Shown piece after piece: positions 16,984 to 26,897 of a stretch of DNA of 32,000 nt (positions within the stretch are counted from its first letter, which is position 1; each line of letters starts with the position of its first letter). A model generated the notes under the pieces. It ran no database searches. It had not been told where the DNA came from and saw only the letters and a list, made by a program, of their open reading frames with translations. The stretch is from Neisseria sp. KEM232 (GTDB lineage: Bacteria; Pseudomonadota; Gammaproteobacteria; Burkholderiales; Neisseriaceae). Location of the stretch: positions 2,063,134-2,095,133 of the forward strand of contig NZ_CP022527.1 of NCBI RefSeq assembly GCF_002237445.1, given 5' to 3'. Position numbers and translations under genes: made by a program.

Positions 16984-17050
16984 GCCTGAAAGCAGCTTGA
17001 AACAAACTTTTCAACCTATTTAATTGACGACTAACAGAAAGACCCAAAAC

Positions 17051-18859
17051 ATGCGTACCAACTACTGCGGCTTAATCAGCGAGCAATACTTAGATCAAAC
17101 CGTAACCGTCAAAGGCTGGGTGCACCGCCGCCGCGACCACGGCGGGGTGATTTTCATCGACCTGCGCGACCGCGAAGGCATCGTCCAAGTCGTGATCGAC
17201 CCCGACACGCCCGAAGCCTTTCAGACGGCTGATTCCGCCCGCAACGAATACGTTTTGAGCATCACCGGCCGCGTGCGCAACCGCCCCGAAGGCACCACCA
17301 ACGACAAAATGGTTTCCGGCAAAATCGAAATTCTGGCCAAAGAAATCGAAGTATTGAACGCCGCCGCCACGCCGCCTTTCCAAATCGACGACGAAAACAT
17401 CAGCGAAAACGTGCGCCTGCAAAACCGCGTGATCGACCTGCGCCGCCCCGTGATGCAGCGCAACCTGCGCCTGCGTTATCAGGTAGCCATGGGTGTGCGC
17501 CGTTATTTGGACGAACAGGGCTTTATCGACATCGAAACGCCGATGCTGACCCGCTCCACCCCTGAAGGCGCGCGCGACTACCTCGTGCCCAGTCGCGTGC
17601 ATACGGGAGAATTCTTCGCGCTGCCGCAATCGCCGCAGTTGTTCAAACAATTGTTGATGGTAGCCGGTTTCGACCGCTACTACCAAATCACCAAATGCTT
17701 CCGCGACGAAGATTTGCGTGCCGACCGCCAGCCTGAATTCACCCAAATCGACTTGGAAACCTCGTTCTTGAACGAGGATGAAATCATGGACATCACCGAA
17801 GGTATGGCCAAACAGGTATTCAAAGACGCGCTGGGCGTGGATTTGGGCAACTTCCCGCGCATGCCCTATTCCGAAGCCATGTTCCACTACGGCTCGGACA
17901 AACCCGACATGCGCATCAGCCTGAAATTCACCGAGCTGACCGACCTGATGAAAACGGAAGAATTCAAAGTCTTCCGCGCCGCCGCCGACATGAAAGGCGG
18001 TCGCGTTGCCGCCCTGCGCGTGCCGAACGGCGCCAAATTCTCGCGTAAAGAAATCGACGAATACACCAAATTTGTCGGCATCTACGGCGCGAAGGGTCTG
18101 GCCTACATCAAAGTCAATGATGTAACCAATCTCACTAACGGCGAAGACAGCGGCCTGCAGTCGCCCATCGTCAAATTCCTGTCCGAAAGCAGCCTGAAAG
18201 AAATCATCGCGCGCACCGGCGCACAAAACGGCGATTTGATTTTCTTCGGCGCAGACAAAGCCAAAATCGTCAACGAAGCCTTGGGCGCATTGCGCATCAA
18301 AGTCGGCCTGGAACACGGCGCGGCCGACGGCTATTTTGTCGATGAGTGGAAACCCTTGTGGGTAGTCGATTTCCCGATGTTTGAATACGACGAAGAAAAC
18401 GAGCGTTGGGCGGCCATGCACCACCCGTTTACTTCGCCCAAACCTGGCCATGAAGATTTGATGGACAGCGACCCCGCCAACTGCCTTGCCCGTGCCTACG
18501 ACATGGTGCTCAACGGCTGGGAAATCGGCGGCGGCTCCATCCGTATTCACCGTGCCGACATTCAGGAAAAAGTGTTCGCCGCACTGAAAATCACACCTGA
18601 AGAGCAGCAAGAAAAATTCGGCTTCCTGTTGGACAACCTGAAATTCGGCGCACCGCCGCACGGCGGTTTGGCCTTCGGCCTCGACCGTTTGGTAACGCTG
18701 ATGACCGGCGCCGAATCCATCCGTGACGTGATTGCCTTCCCGAAAACGCAACGCGCACAATGCCTGCTCACCAACGCGCCGAATGCGGTGGACGACAAAC
18801 AGCTGCGCGAACTCGGCCTGCGTTTGCGCGTGAAAGCGGCGGAAAATAAAGAAGCCTGA
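17051..18859 (+). CDS. aspS: Aspartate--tRNA ligase
   Basis: 602 aa from [14 protein letters not shown]. Class II motifs [18 protein letters not shown] and GGGSIRIH are present, as is the GAD insertion domain. Confidence 0.95.
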   Translation: MRTNYCGLISEQYLDQTVTVKGWVHRRRDHGGVIFIDLRDREGIVQVVIDPDTPEAFQTADSARNEYVLSITGRVRNRPEGTTNDKMVSGKIEILAKEIEVLNAAATPPFQIDDENISENVRLQNRVIDLRRPVMQRNLRLRYQVAMGVRRYLDEQGFIDIETPMLTRSTPEGARDYLVPSRVHTGEFFALPQSPQLFKQLLMVAGFDRYYQITKCFRDEDLRADRQPEFTQIDLETSFLNEDEIMDITEGMAKQVFKDALGVDLGNFPRMPYSEAMFHYGSDKPDMRISLKFTELTDLMKTEEFKVFRAAADMKGGRVAALRVPNGAKFSRKEIDEYTKFVGIYGAKGLAYIKVNDVTNLTNGEDSGLQSPIVKFLSESSLKEIIARTGAQNGDLIFFGADKAKIVNEALGALRIKVGLEHGAADGYFVDEWKPLWVVDFPMFEYDEENERWAAMHHPFTSPKPGHEDLMDSDPANCLARAYDMVLNGWEIGGGSIRIHRADIQEKVFAALKITPEEQQEKFGFLLDNLKFGAPPHGGLAFGLDRLVTLMTGAESIRDVIAFPKTQRAQCLLTNAPNAVDDKQLRELGLRLRVKAAENKEA

Positions 18860-18874
18860 GCAGTTTGAAACAAA

Positions 18875-18904
18875 AGGCCGTCTGAAAATCCTTTCAGACG
18901 GCCT
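18875..18904. terminator. Inverted DUS pair hairpin after aspS
   Basis: AGGCCGTCTGAAAATCCTTTCAGACGGCCT. Confidence 0.6.
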
Positions 18905-18936
18905 CAATCACAAATACAGATTCCAAAGGAACATCC

Positions 18937-19971
18937 ATGCAAACCCTCACCATCATCCGCCCCGACGATATGCACCTGCACCTGCGCGACGGCGACGCAC
19001 TCAAAGCCGTTGCGCCCTATACCGCCCGCCAGATGGGGCGTGCCGTGATTATGCCCAACCTCAAGCCGCCCGTAACCGCCGTTGCCGACGCACTTGCCTA
19101 CAAACAACGCATTCTCGCCGCCCTGCCCGCAGGCAGCCGCTTCGAGCCGCTGATGACGCTGTATCTCACCGACCAGGCTACGCCCGAACTGGTGCGCGAA
19201 GCCAAAGCCGCCGGCATCGTCGCTTTCAAACTCTACCCCGCCGGCGCGACCACCAATTCCGACTCGGGCGTAACCGACCTGTTCAAACTCATCCCCGTAT
19301 TGCAGGAAATGGCGCGTCAGGGCATCCTGTTTCTCGTACACGGCGAAGTTACCGACCCCGACATCGACATCTTCGACCGCGAAGCCGCCTTTATCGAACG
19401 CGTGATGAAGCCCGTGCTCGCGCAAGTGCCCGATTTGAAAGTCGTGTTCGAGCACATCACCACCGCCGAAGCCGCGCGGCTGGTATTGGCAGCGGGCGAC
19501 AACGTGGCCGCCACCGTAACTCCGCAACACCTGCTGCTCAACCGCAACGACCTCCTCGTCGGCGGCGTGCGCCCGCACCATTTCTGCCTGCCCGTGCTCA
19601 AACGCGAAAGCCACCGACTAGCCCTCGTCGCCGCCGTAACCGGCGAAAAATCCCACAAATTCTTCTTGGGCACCGACTCCGCCCCGCACGCCCGAACCGC
19701 CAAAGAAAACGCCTGCGGCTGCGCGGGCATGTTCAGCGCGATGACCGCCATCGAGCTGTACGCCGAAGTATTTGAAGCCGCCGGCGCGTTGGACAAACTC
19801 CAAGCCTTCGCCTCGCAAAACGGCGCACGCTTCTACGGCCTGCCCGAAAACAGCGACACCGTTACGCTGGTCAAAGAGCCGCAAAACATCCCAGCGTCCG
19901 TACCCTACGGCAGCGAAACCCTCGTCCCCATGCGCGCAGGCGGACAAACCGCCTGGCGCATGCTGGACTGA
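18937..19971 (+). CDS. pyrC: Dihydroorotase (class II, PyrC type)
   Basis: [20 protein letters not shown]...AVIMPNL..., very similar to enterobacterial PyrC. Confidence 0.93.
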   Translation: MQTLTIIRPDDMHLHLRDGDALKAVAPYTARQMGRAVIMPNLKPPVTAVADALAYKQRILAALPAGSRFEPLMTLYLTDQATPELVREAKAAGIVAFKLYPAGATTNSDSGVTDLFKLIPVLQEMARQGILFLVHGEVTDPDIDIFDREAAFIERVMKPVLAQVPDLKVVFEHITTAEAARLVLAAGDNVAATVTPQHLLLNRNDLLVGGVRPHHFCLPVLKRESHRLALVAAVTGEKSHKFFLGTDSAPHARTAKENACGCAGMFSAMTAIELYAEVFEAAGALDKLQAFASQNGARFYGLPENSDTVTLVKEPQNIPASVPYGSETLVPMRAGGQTAWRMLD

Positions 19972-19993
19972 ACCCGTCCGTACCGTCGGCAAG

Positions 19994-20037
19994 AGGCCGT
20001 CTGAAAAAACCGCGCAGCTGGTTTTTTCAGACGGCCT
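19994..20037. terminator. Inverted DUS pair hairpin after pyrC (a third DUS lies at 20045-20054)
   Basis: AGGCCGTCTGAAAAAACC ... GGTTTTTTCAGACGGCCT. Confidence 0.6.
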
Positions 20038-20160
20038 CCCACATTTCAGACGGCCTTATAACTTTTAGTTTGCCGCAACGGAAAAAGCGTTCTTTCCCCC
20101 GTCAGGCCGCCTCCGCTATTATCGCCGCCTCCCGAATACACACCGAAAAAAGGAAAAAAC

Positions 20161-20703
20161 ATGGCACGCTTAACCATCCATACCGTCGAAACCGCTCCCG
20201 AAAAAGCCACACCCCGCGTCGAAGCCGCGCTCAAAGCCAACGGTTTCCTGCCCAATCTTATCGGCGTGCTCGCCAATTCGCCCGAGGCGCTGGCCTTTTA
20301 TCAGGAAGTGGGCAAGCTCAACGGCGAAACTTCGCTCACGCCGGGCGAGCGCGAGGTGGTGCAGATTCTCGCCGCCAAAATCAACGAGTGCGGTTTCTGC
20401 GTGGCCGGCCACACCAAACTCGCCACGTTGAAAAAACTGCTGACCGCCGACCAAATCGCCGCCGTGCGCGCCGTGTCCCCGATTGATGATGCCAAGCTGA
20501 ATGCGCTGTCGGATTTCACGCAGCAGGTGATTGCGAAAAAAGGCAATGTATCCGACGACGAATTGCAGGCCTTCTTTGCTGCGGGCTACAACCAGCAGCA
20601 GGCGGTAGAAGTGGTGCTCGGCGTGGCGCTGGCAACGCTGTGCAACTACACCAACAATCTGGCGCGCACCGAAATCAATCCCGAATTACAGGCCTACGCT
20701 TAA
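20161..20703 (+). CDS. Carboxymuconolactone decarboxylase / AhpD-like family protein
   Basis: 180 aa with the AhpD-type redox motif ECGFCVAGH. Confidence 0.75.
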   Translation: MARLTIHTVETAPEKATPRVEAALKANGFLPNLIGVLANSPEALAFYQEVGKLNGETSLTPGEREVVQILAAKINECGFCVAGHTKLATLKKLLTADQIAAVRAVSPIDDAKLNALSDFTQQVIAKKGNVSDDELQAFFAAGYNQQQAVEVVLGVALATLCNYTNNLARTEINPELQAYA

Positions 20704-20719
20704 AGATTCATTGCTTCAA

Positions 20720-20759
20720 AGGCCGTCTGAAACACCGAAATCCGCTTTTCAGACGGCCT
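20720..20759. terminator. Inverted DUS pair hairpin
   Basis: AGGCCGTCTGAAAC ... TTTTCAGACGGCCT. Confidence 0.55.
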
Positions 20760-20776
20760 TTTCCGTATCCGTACCG

Positions 20777-20941
20777 TAGGGGCTGTTGACATTCAGCTTG
20801 CGAAGCGGTTTTTTGAGGAAAAATCCGTGTTTGCAAGGAAAAAAGCGCAGCAAGGTTGGACACCTTGCGAGCATTTTTGACGCGGCAGGCGCGGATTTTT
20901 ACCAAAAATACCGCCGCAATGCTGATTGTCAACAGACCCTA
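20777..20941. repeat. MITE-like 165-bp element with 21-bp terminal inverted repeats
   Basis: TAGGGGCTGTTGACATTCAGC (20777-20797) matches the reverse complement of GCTGATTGTCAACAGACCCTA (20921-20941) at 19/21. The element is internally palindromic (AAAAATCCGTG / CGCGGATTTTT; GCAAGG-TTGGACA-CCTTGC). Confidence 0.6.
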
Positions 20942-20966
20942 ATACACCAATCAGGAGAACCGAAAT

Positions 20967-22073
20967 ATGTCACGCGAAACCCTGTTGCGGCAAACCGCCG
21001 AACTGGTGCAAACCGAATTGAAGCCCTTAGTCGAAGACATCGACCGCAAAGGGCTGTATCCCGAAGAATTTTTGCGCGGCCTGGGCGCGATCGGCGGTTT
21101 TGCCGCCGTCGGCACGCCGGAGGAGGGCGGCAGCGGGCTGGGTTTGACGGCGCAGATAGAAGTGCTGCGCGAGGTGGGGAAAGTGTGCGGCGCAACGGCC
21201 TTTTCCGCCTGGTGTCAGGCCGCCTGCGCCTGGTATCTGCACCAAACGCCCAATGCGGAAGTGAAACGCCGCTATCTGGCCGACGTGTTAAACGGCAAAG
21301 TGCTGGCGGGAACGGGTATGTCCAATACTGTCAAACACTTGGCAGGCATCGAGAAGCACCAGTTGCAGGCGGAAAAAACCGACGGCGGCTATATTGTCAA
21401 CGGCATCCTGCCGTGGGTGTCCAACCTCGGCGAAAACCACATTTGGGCGAACACGGCGCAAATCGGCGGCAGCTACGTGATGTTTGTCACCGGCGGACAA
21501 CGAACGGGCGTGTCGCTGATTCCCTGCCCGGAATTCTGCGGCTTGGAAGGCACGCGCACCTTCGCCATCAAATTTGAAAACGTGTTTGTGCCTCACGAAG
21601 ACGTGATTGCTGAGCCTGAGCAGTTTGCCGACTATATCCAGAGCATCAAAGCGGGCTTCATCCTGCTGCAAATCGGCATCGGCGCGGGCATTGTCGACGG
21701 CTGTCTTGCCGAAATCGCCGCTGCCAACACGGGCAGCGAAACCAACGATTTCCTCGACAACGGTTATGAAGAACTGAACGGGCGTTTTCAGACGGCCTTA
21801 AACAAAACCGCCGAGCTGGCCGACGCTGCCTACCGCAACGAACCCGAACTCTTGGAAACCCTGCGCCTGCGCGAAGCCGCCGCCGTGCTCTGCCTCGACG
21901 CCGCGCAATCGGCCGCCCTGCACACCGGTGCGGCGGGCTATTTGATGCAAAGCCCCGTGCAGCGGCGCGTGCGCGAAGCGATGTTTGTCGCCATCGTCAC
22001 CCCCGCCATCAAACACCTGCGCAAGGAAATCAGCGAGCTGGAATTTATGGGCGAAGGCGAGTTTTCGATTTAA
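20967..22073 (+). CDS. Acyl-CoA dehydrogenase family protein
   Basis: 368 aa with overall ACAD-like layout (N-terminal helical, central beta, C-terminal helical). Substrate unknown. Confidence 0.7.
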   Translation: MSRETLLRQTAELVQTELKPLVEDIDRKGLYPEEFLRGLGAIGGFAAVGTPEEGGSGLGLTAQIEVLREVGKVCGATAFSAWCQAACAWYLHQTPNAEVKRRYLADVLNGKVLAGTGMSNTVKHLAGIEKHQLQAEKTDGGYIVNGILPWVSNLGENHIWANTAQIGGSYVMFVTGGQRTGVSLIPCPEFCGLEGTRTFAIKFENVFVPHEDVIAEPEQFADYIQSIKAGFILLQIGIGAGIVDGCLAEIAAANTGSETNDFLDNGYEELNGRFQTALNKTAELADAAYRNEPELLETLRLREAAAVLCLDAAQSAALHTGAAGYLMQSPVQRRVREAMFVAIVTPAIKHLRKEISELEFMGEGEFSI

Positions 22074-22110
22074 CGCCGCAGCAAGAGCCGCTACAATATG
22101 CGCGGGACGG

Positions 22111-22134
22111 ACAGGCCGTTTTCAGACGGCCTGT
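22111..22134 (+). terminator. Hairpin containing one DUS, followed by a T-rich tract
   Basis: ACAGGCCGT-TTTCAG-ACGGCCTGT followed by TTCGTTTT. Confidence 0.55.
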
Positions 22135-22176
22135 TTCGTTTTGTGTAAAAACGGCAAATAAAAAGGAAAACGGAAT

Positions 22177-22350
22177 ATGGCTCAGTATGTATGCGTATTG
22201 TGCGAATGGATTTACGACGAAGAAGAGGGCGATCCCAAACGCGGCATCGCCCCGGGGACGAAATTTGAAGACCTGCCCGACGATTGGGAATGCCCCGAAT
22301 GCTTCGCAGGCAAAGAGGAATTTCAACTGCTGGAATTTGGCGCGGAATAA
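22177..22350 (+). CDS. Rubredoxin (57 aa), absent from the ORF track
   Basis: Hand translation gives [57 protein letters not shown]. It has the two motifs CxxC and CPxC, with GGAA 5 bp upstream of the ATG. Confidence 0.85.
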   Translation: MAQYVCVLCEWIYDEEEGDPKRGIAPGTKFEDLPDDWECPECFAGKEEFQLLEFGAE

Positions 22351-22366
22351 AGTGCGCAGACAGAAA

Positions 22367-22397
22367 AAAGGGAGCGGCCGCAGGGCTGGCTCCCTTT
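22367..22397 (+). terminator. Hairpin after rubredoxin
   Basis: AAAGGGAGC ... GCTCCCTTT. Confidence 0.5.
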
Positions 22398-22440
22398 CGT
22401 TTCGGCTATAATGCCGTCTGAAAAATATTGTGGTAAAGAC

Positions 22441-23850
22441 ATGAACGACTACGCCGATTACGACGAACATTCTTCCGAAGAAACCGCCGCCCTGTCGCTG
22501 CCGCCCAATTCGGTTGAGGCCGAACAGTCGGTGCTCGGCGGCCTGCTGCTGGAAAACAGCGCGTGGGACAGAATCGCCGACGTGGTGGGGGGCGAGGATT
22601 TTTACCGCCACGAGCACCGCGTAATCTTCCGCACAATCGCGTCACTAATCAACGAAAGCAAGCCTGCCGACGTGATTACCGTGCAGGAATACTTGGAACG
22701 CAACGACGAGCTGGAAACAGTCGGCGGTTTCAACTATCTGATTTCGCTGGCACAAAACACGCCGTCGGCCGCCAATATCCGCCGCTATGCCGAAATCGTG
22801 CGGGAGAAATCGGTGATGCGCCAGCTCGCCGAAGTCGGCACGGAAATTGCTAGGAATGCCTATAATCCGCAAGGCCGCGATGCCGCCCAGCTGCTCGACG
22901 AAGCCGAAAACAAAGTTTTCCAAATCGCCGAAAGTACGGCCAAATCCAAACAGGGCTTTTTGCAGCTGCCCGACTTGCTGCGCGAAGTGGTCGAACGTAT
23001 CGACATGCTTTATGCCCGCGACAATCCCGACGAAGTAACCGGTGTTTCCACCGGTTTTATCGATTTGGACAAAAAAACATCCGGCCTGCAGCCGGGCGAT
23101 TTGATTATCGTGGCCGGGCGTCCTTCGATGGGTAAAACCGCGTTTTCCATCAATATCGCCGAACACGTGGCGTTGGAAGCCAAGCTGCCGGTGGCCGTGT
23201 TTTCGATGGAAATGGGCGGCTCCCAACTGGTGATGCGTATGCTCGGTTCGGTGGGGAGGCTCGACCAGCATGTTTTGAAAACCGGCAAGTTGCAGGACGA
23301 GCACTGGGGGCGTCTGAACGAGGCGGTAAACCGTTTGGCCGATGCACCGATGTTTATCGACGAAACCGCCGGTCTGACCGCTTTGGAACTGCGCGCCCGC
23401 GCCCGCCGTCTTGCCAGGCAGTTTGGCGGCAAACTCGGTCTGATTGTTATCGATTACCTGCAATTGATGGAAAGCTCCGGCCGCACCGACAACCGTGCCG
23501 CCGCACTGGGTGAAATATCCCGGTCGCTCAAATCGCTGGCAAAAGAGCTGCAAGTGCCGATTATTGCCCTGTCCCAGTTGAGCCGCTCCGTCGAGCAGCG
23601 CACCGACAAACGTCCGATTATGTCCGATTTGCGCGAATCGGGCGCTATTGAGCAGGATGCGGATTTGATTATGTTTATGTACCGCGACGAATACTACAAC
23701 CCCGAGTCGCCGATGAAGGGGTTGGCCGAATGTATTATCGGCAAACACCGTAACGGGCCGGTCGGTAAAATCTTCCTTACCTGGATGGGGCAGTTTACCA
23801 AGTTTGATAATGCTGCTTATGTGCCGGATGCGGCTACGGTTGAAGAGTGA
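22441..23850 (+). CDS. dnaB: Replicative DNA helicase DnaB
   Basis: 469 aa from MNDYADYDE. Motifs include PPNSVEAEQSVLGGLL, the Walker A GRPSMGKT, IVIDYLQLM and LSQLSR. Confidence 0.95.
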   Translation: MNDYADYDEHSSEETAALSLPPNSVEAEQSVLGGLLLENSAWDRIADVVGGEDFYRHEHRVIFRTIASLINESKPADVITVQEYLERNDELETVGGFNYLISLAQNTPSAANIRRYAEIVREKSVMRQLAEVGTEIARNAYNPQGRDAAQLLDEAENKVFQIAESTAKSKQGFLQLPDLLREVVERIDMLYARDNPDEVTGVSTGFIDLDKKTSGLQPGDLIIVAGRPSMGKTAFSINIAEHVALEAKLPVAVFSMEMGGSQLVMRMLGSVGRLDQHVLKTGKLQDEHWGRLNEAVNRLADAPMFIDETAGLTALELRARARRLARQFGGKLGLIVIDYLQLMESSGRTDNRAAALGEISRSLKSLAKELQVPIIALSQLSRSVEQRTDKRPIMSDLRESGAIEQDADLIMFMYRDEYYNPESPMKGLAECIIGKHRNGPVGKIFLTWMGQFTKFDNAAYVPDAATVEE

Positions 23851-23971
23851 GATACAGGGGTTTTAAATCAAATTGTGCTGGAATATGTATGCCTTTATCG
23901 TTTAGAATAACGGAATAATTATTTGATATGGGACATACGCTCTGTGAAAAGACGCGAATAGGGAAAGCTTC

Positions 23972-24655
23972 ATGAAAATATTGGAAAAGGGTTTTACATT
24001 AGTTGAGTTGATGGTGACGATTGCCATTATGGCTATCATGGCAGCTGTAGCCATACCAAACTTCTCTGAGTGGTTGGCAAAACGCCGTGTTGCCGCAGCA
24101 GCAGAAAAGGTAGCTAACATGATTCGTTTGGGTAGATCTGAAGCTGCTCGATTGAATCTGCCCGTTTACCTTTGCCCTGCTCAGATCAGGAAAGATGGAA
24201 ATCCTAATGGACAGTGCCAAGAGCAATACTCAGGTTCTGGATTGATGTTGTGGGCAGATAGAAATTTAGATAAGCAATATGTTCGAGGTGTTGATGAATC
24301 TTTGCGTGTGGCAATCATCAACCAAAGAAGTCAAGGGAACGATAATAGCGGCGATCGGGTTCAATATAGTGTACGTAGTGTGAAGTATGATGGGAGCGAT
24401 GCGGCTAAAAATCCGAATACTTCCGTATTAGCATTTTTACCAGACGGATCTGTTCGGCGAATTACGACAGGAAATGCTACTGCAGATTTTCGTACGATAG
24501 ATCCTATTAGTGGCTATGTTAAATTTACTCTAACCGATGCTCAGGCTAAGGATGAAAATAGTAAGTCTTCTCGTTCTGTTGTATTATTAGTATCAGGAAA
24601 TCAAGTAAAATTCTGCGATAGAGCAGGTGATTTGAAAGCATGCGAATATAAATAA
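23972..24655 (+). CDS. pilH: Type IV minor pilin, GspH/FimT family (PilH-like)
   Basis: Class III signal MKILEKG/FTLVELMV and a GspH-like body. It is the first gene after dnaB, as in the meningococcal pilHIJKX locus (recalled). Confidence 0.75.
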   Translation: MKILEKGFTLVELMVTIAIMAIMAAVAIPNFSEWLAKRRVAAAAEKVANMIRLGRSEAARLNLPVYLCPAQIRKDGNPNGQCQEQYSGSGLMLWADRNLDKQYVRGVDESLRVAIINQRSQGNDNSGDRVQYSVRSVKYDGSDAAKNPNTSVLAFLPDGSVRRITTGNATADFRTIDPISGYVKFTLTDAQAKDENSKSSRSVVLLVSGNQVKFCDRAGDLKACEYK

Positions 24656-24668
24656 AGGGATATGTAGC

Positions 24669-25262
24669 ATGAAGTCTGTAAATGTTTCTCAAGATAAATT
24701 ACGAGTTCAAGGTTTTGCTCTTGTAGAGGTGTTGGTCTCTGTTGTTGTTTTGGCTTTGGGAATTTTGGCGTTGTTGGCGACACAGTTGCGCTCTGTGAGT
24801 AGTGTTAGAGAGGCCGAAACACAAACCATTGCAGCTCAAGCAGCTCAAAATCTGATTGAGGGGATACTTTCTAACCCTGAATTGGAGTTGGATAATGCTG
24901 GAACTTGGACTAAAAAAAATTATGGGCATTATAAATCAGATGATACAAAAATGCCTAAAAACGAACCAAAATATAATGAATATACATTAAATCAACTAGC
25001 TTTGTGGCAACTATTTAATTTTTCTAAAGAATTGGAATCGGGTAAGCTGGGGGATATGGGGGTTAAATGGCGAATTTGTGAAGATGATAATTTAAATGAT
25101 AAGCCAGAGATTATGGCTGATGGTACTTTTGATGCTAAATGTAGTGGTAGTGGTAATATTGCTATCAAGATAGCGTGGTTAGTAGATCCAAATTCTTCTG
25201 GAGTGCAGGGGGCGAAAAACCAGTCAGTAAGTTATCAAACATATTTGAAAGATGGACAATGA
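24669..25262 (+). CDS. pilI: Type IV minor pilin, PilV family (PilI-like)
   Basis: Prepilin motif QG/FALVEVLVSVVVL followed by the PilV-type N-terminal region. Confidence 0.7.
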   Translation: MKSVNVSQDKLRVQGFALVEVLVSVVVLALGILALLATQLRSVSSVREAETQTIAAQAAQNLIEGILSNPELELDNAGTWTKKNYGHYKSDDTKMPKNEPKYNEYTLNQLALWQLFNFSKELESGKLGDMGVKWRICEDDNLNDKPEIMADGTFDAKCSGSGNIAIKIAWLVDPNSSGVQGAKNQSVSYQTYLKDGQ

Positions 25263-26377
25263 TGAGCAATAAAAATATAAAAATTAGTATGTTGTCTAAT
25301 AATTATAGACGACAATTATCCGTATCTGGCTTTACTTTGATTGAACTCTTAGTAGCTGCTGCTTTAAGTATGATTGTTCTTGTTGCTGCTGGTTCTGGTT
25401 TTATTGCAACTCAAAAATTAAGTACTGCGGCTAATGCACGGCTTCAGGTACAGCAAGATTTAAGAAATGCAACTAATATGATTGTGCGTGATGCACGGAT
25501 GGCTGGTTTCTTTGGATGTTTCAATCTATCTAAACAAAGTGTTGATGGTGGAATTGTTCTTAATGACTACGGGGTGTATAAAAATAATAATTATACTAAT
25601 CACAATAGACTGGATGACTTGCTTTATAAAAATGAACAGAATCAGGGTATAAAATTGATACCTGTAGCGGATGCTCGTGGGTGGTTGAATTCTAATTTTT
25701 CCTTTCTAGGAAATAATGTTTTATTATTTACTTATGGTATTGGATCTGGTAACGCTAAAGTAAGCGGTAATTTTTTTAATATTAATATTCCTCAGACGGA
25801 TGAGTTAGCAGAATTAAGTGGTCATGATGCTGCTCCTGTTGTAGTTAGTAGCTGTTCTACTTTGGAGAGGTTTTCTGGAGCAAAAAAAGTTTATGCTAGG
25901 CAACAACTACGAGTTGCTCAGGTTCCCGTTCCTCTTGTGGATGTGAATAATGCGACCATTTTTAGGCAATCCGTTAATGTATATGCTATTGGCCAACCTA
26001 ATGGGGGAGATAAAGGTTTGTATTTGTTCCAGATGAATGCAGATGGTACATTTGGTGAACCGCAACTTTTATTAACGGGAGTGGATAGTTGGGATATACA
26101 GTTTGGTTATTATGCCTCTTCTCCTGCGTGTACTGAAAAAAATAATGATGCAAAAATTAAATTTCAAAAAACAATATTGACAGGAGCTAAGGCTCCTCCC
26201 CCAACTTTATTGCGTCTTAAGTTGCAAGGTAGGGGAGGGGATGGGAATTTAGTTGCAGGAAAAAGTTCTAATGGTTCTGCATCTGATATTCAAACGTATC
26301 ATATTGATGCTACAGTACATGCAGGTGCTTTTTGTGCTGATCGTGGTTTCCAGCAAGAAGTGAAATTTATAAGATAG
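25259..26377 (+). CDS. pilJ: Type IV minor pilin, PilW family (PilJ-like)
   Basis: Starts at MMSNKNIK, with ATGATGA overlapping the pilI stop. Prepilin motif SG/FTLIELLVAAALS; 372 aa. Confidence 0.7.
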   Translation: MMSNKNIKISMLSNNYRRQLSVSGFTLIELLVAAALSMIVLVAAGSGFIATQKLSTAANARLQVQQDLRNATNMIVRDARMAGFFGCFNLSKQSVDGGIVLNDYGVYKNNNYTNHNRLDDLLYKNEQNQGIKLIPVADARGWLNSNFSFLGNNVLLFTYGIGSGNAKVSGNFFNINIPQTDELAELSGHDAAPVVVSSCSTLERFSGAKKVYARQQLRVAQVPVPLVDVNNATIFRQSVNVYAIGQPNGGDKGLYLFQMNADGTFGEPQLLLTGVDSWDIQFGYYASSPACTEKNNDAKIKFQKTILTGAKAPPPTLLRLKLQGRGGDGNLVAGKSSNGSASDIQTYHIDATVHAGAFCADRGFQQEVKFIR

Positions 26378-26389
26378 GAAAATTTTACA

Positions 26390-26884
26390 ATGAGAATAAA
26401 GCAAAGAGGGTTTTCATTACCTGTGGTTATGGTGATGATGCTTGTGCTGGCAGTTATGGTATTGGCAGCAGCACAGTCATTTAATACAGAGAGTAGAATC
26501 AGCAGCAATGATGCAGATAGGAAGATGGCGATGCAAGTGGCTGAGTCTGCATTACGAGGGGGTGAGGCTAAGATCAGCAGTCTTAAATTAAGTCAATTTC
26601 CGACAGTTCCAGGCTGCAGTAAAGAGGGATTATGTATGCCTGGTGATAAAAATCCTGTTTGGGAAGGCTCGTGTGATGGTTCTCAAGTTAGTTGCTGGGA
26701 ATCAAGAGCTGTTGATTATATTGTAAAACCTAAAAGCCCGGTTTCTCGAAATCCTAAATATTTAATTGAACTTATCGGAAAAGAAGATGATGAAGATATT
26801 TTACGTGTTACAGTAAGAGCTTGGGGAGAAAATAAAAATACAGTGGTGACCCTTCAATCATATGTTGCTGCCACTCTTGATTGA
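26390..26884 (+). CDS. pilK: Type IV pilus assembly protein, PilX_N family (PilK-like)
   Basis: MRIKQRG/FSLPVVMVMMLVL lacks Glu5, as is typical of this family; 164 aa. Confidence 0.7.
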   Translation: MRIKQRGFSLPVVMVMMLVLAVMVLAAAQSFNTESRISSNDADRKMAMQVAESALRGGEAKISSLKLSQFPTVPGCSKEGLCMPGDKNPVWEGSCDGSQVSCWESRAVDYIVKPKSPVSRNPKYLIELIGKEDDEDILRVTVRAWGENKNTVVTLQSYVAATLD

Positions 26885-26897
26885 TTAAGGAATCCGA

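Noticed and set aside
23880-23900. Sigma-54-like promoter (CTGGAATATGTATGCC) upstream of pilH.
   Set aside because: The GG and GC elements are separated by 9 nt rather than the canonical 10, and the flanking consensus is poor. It cannot be supported from sequence alone.
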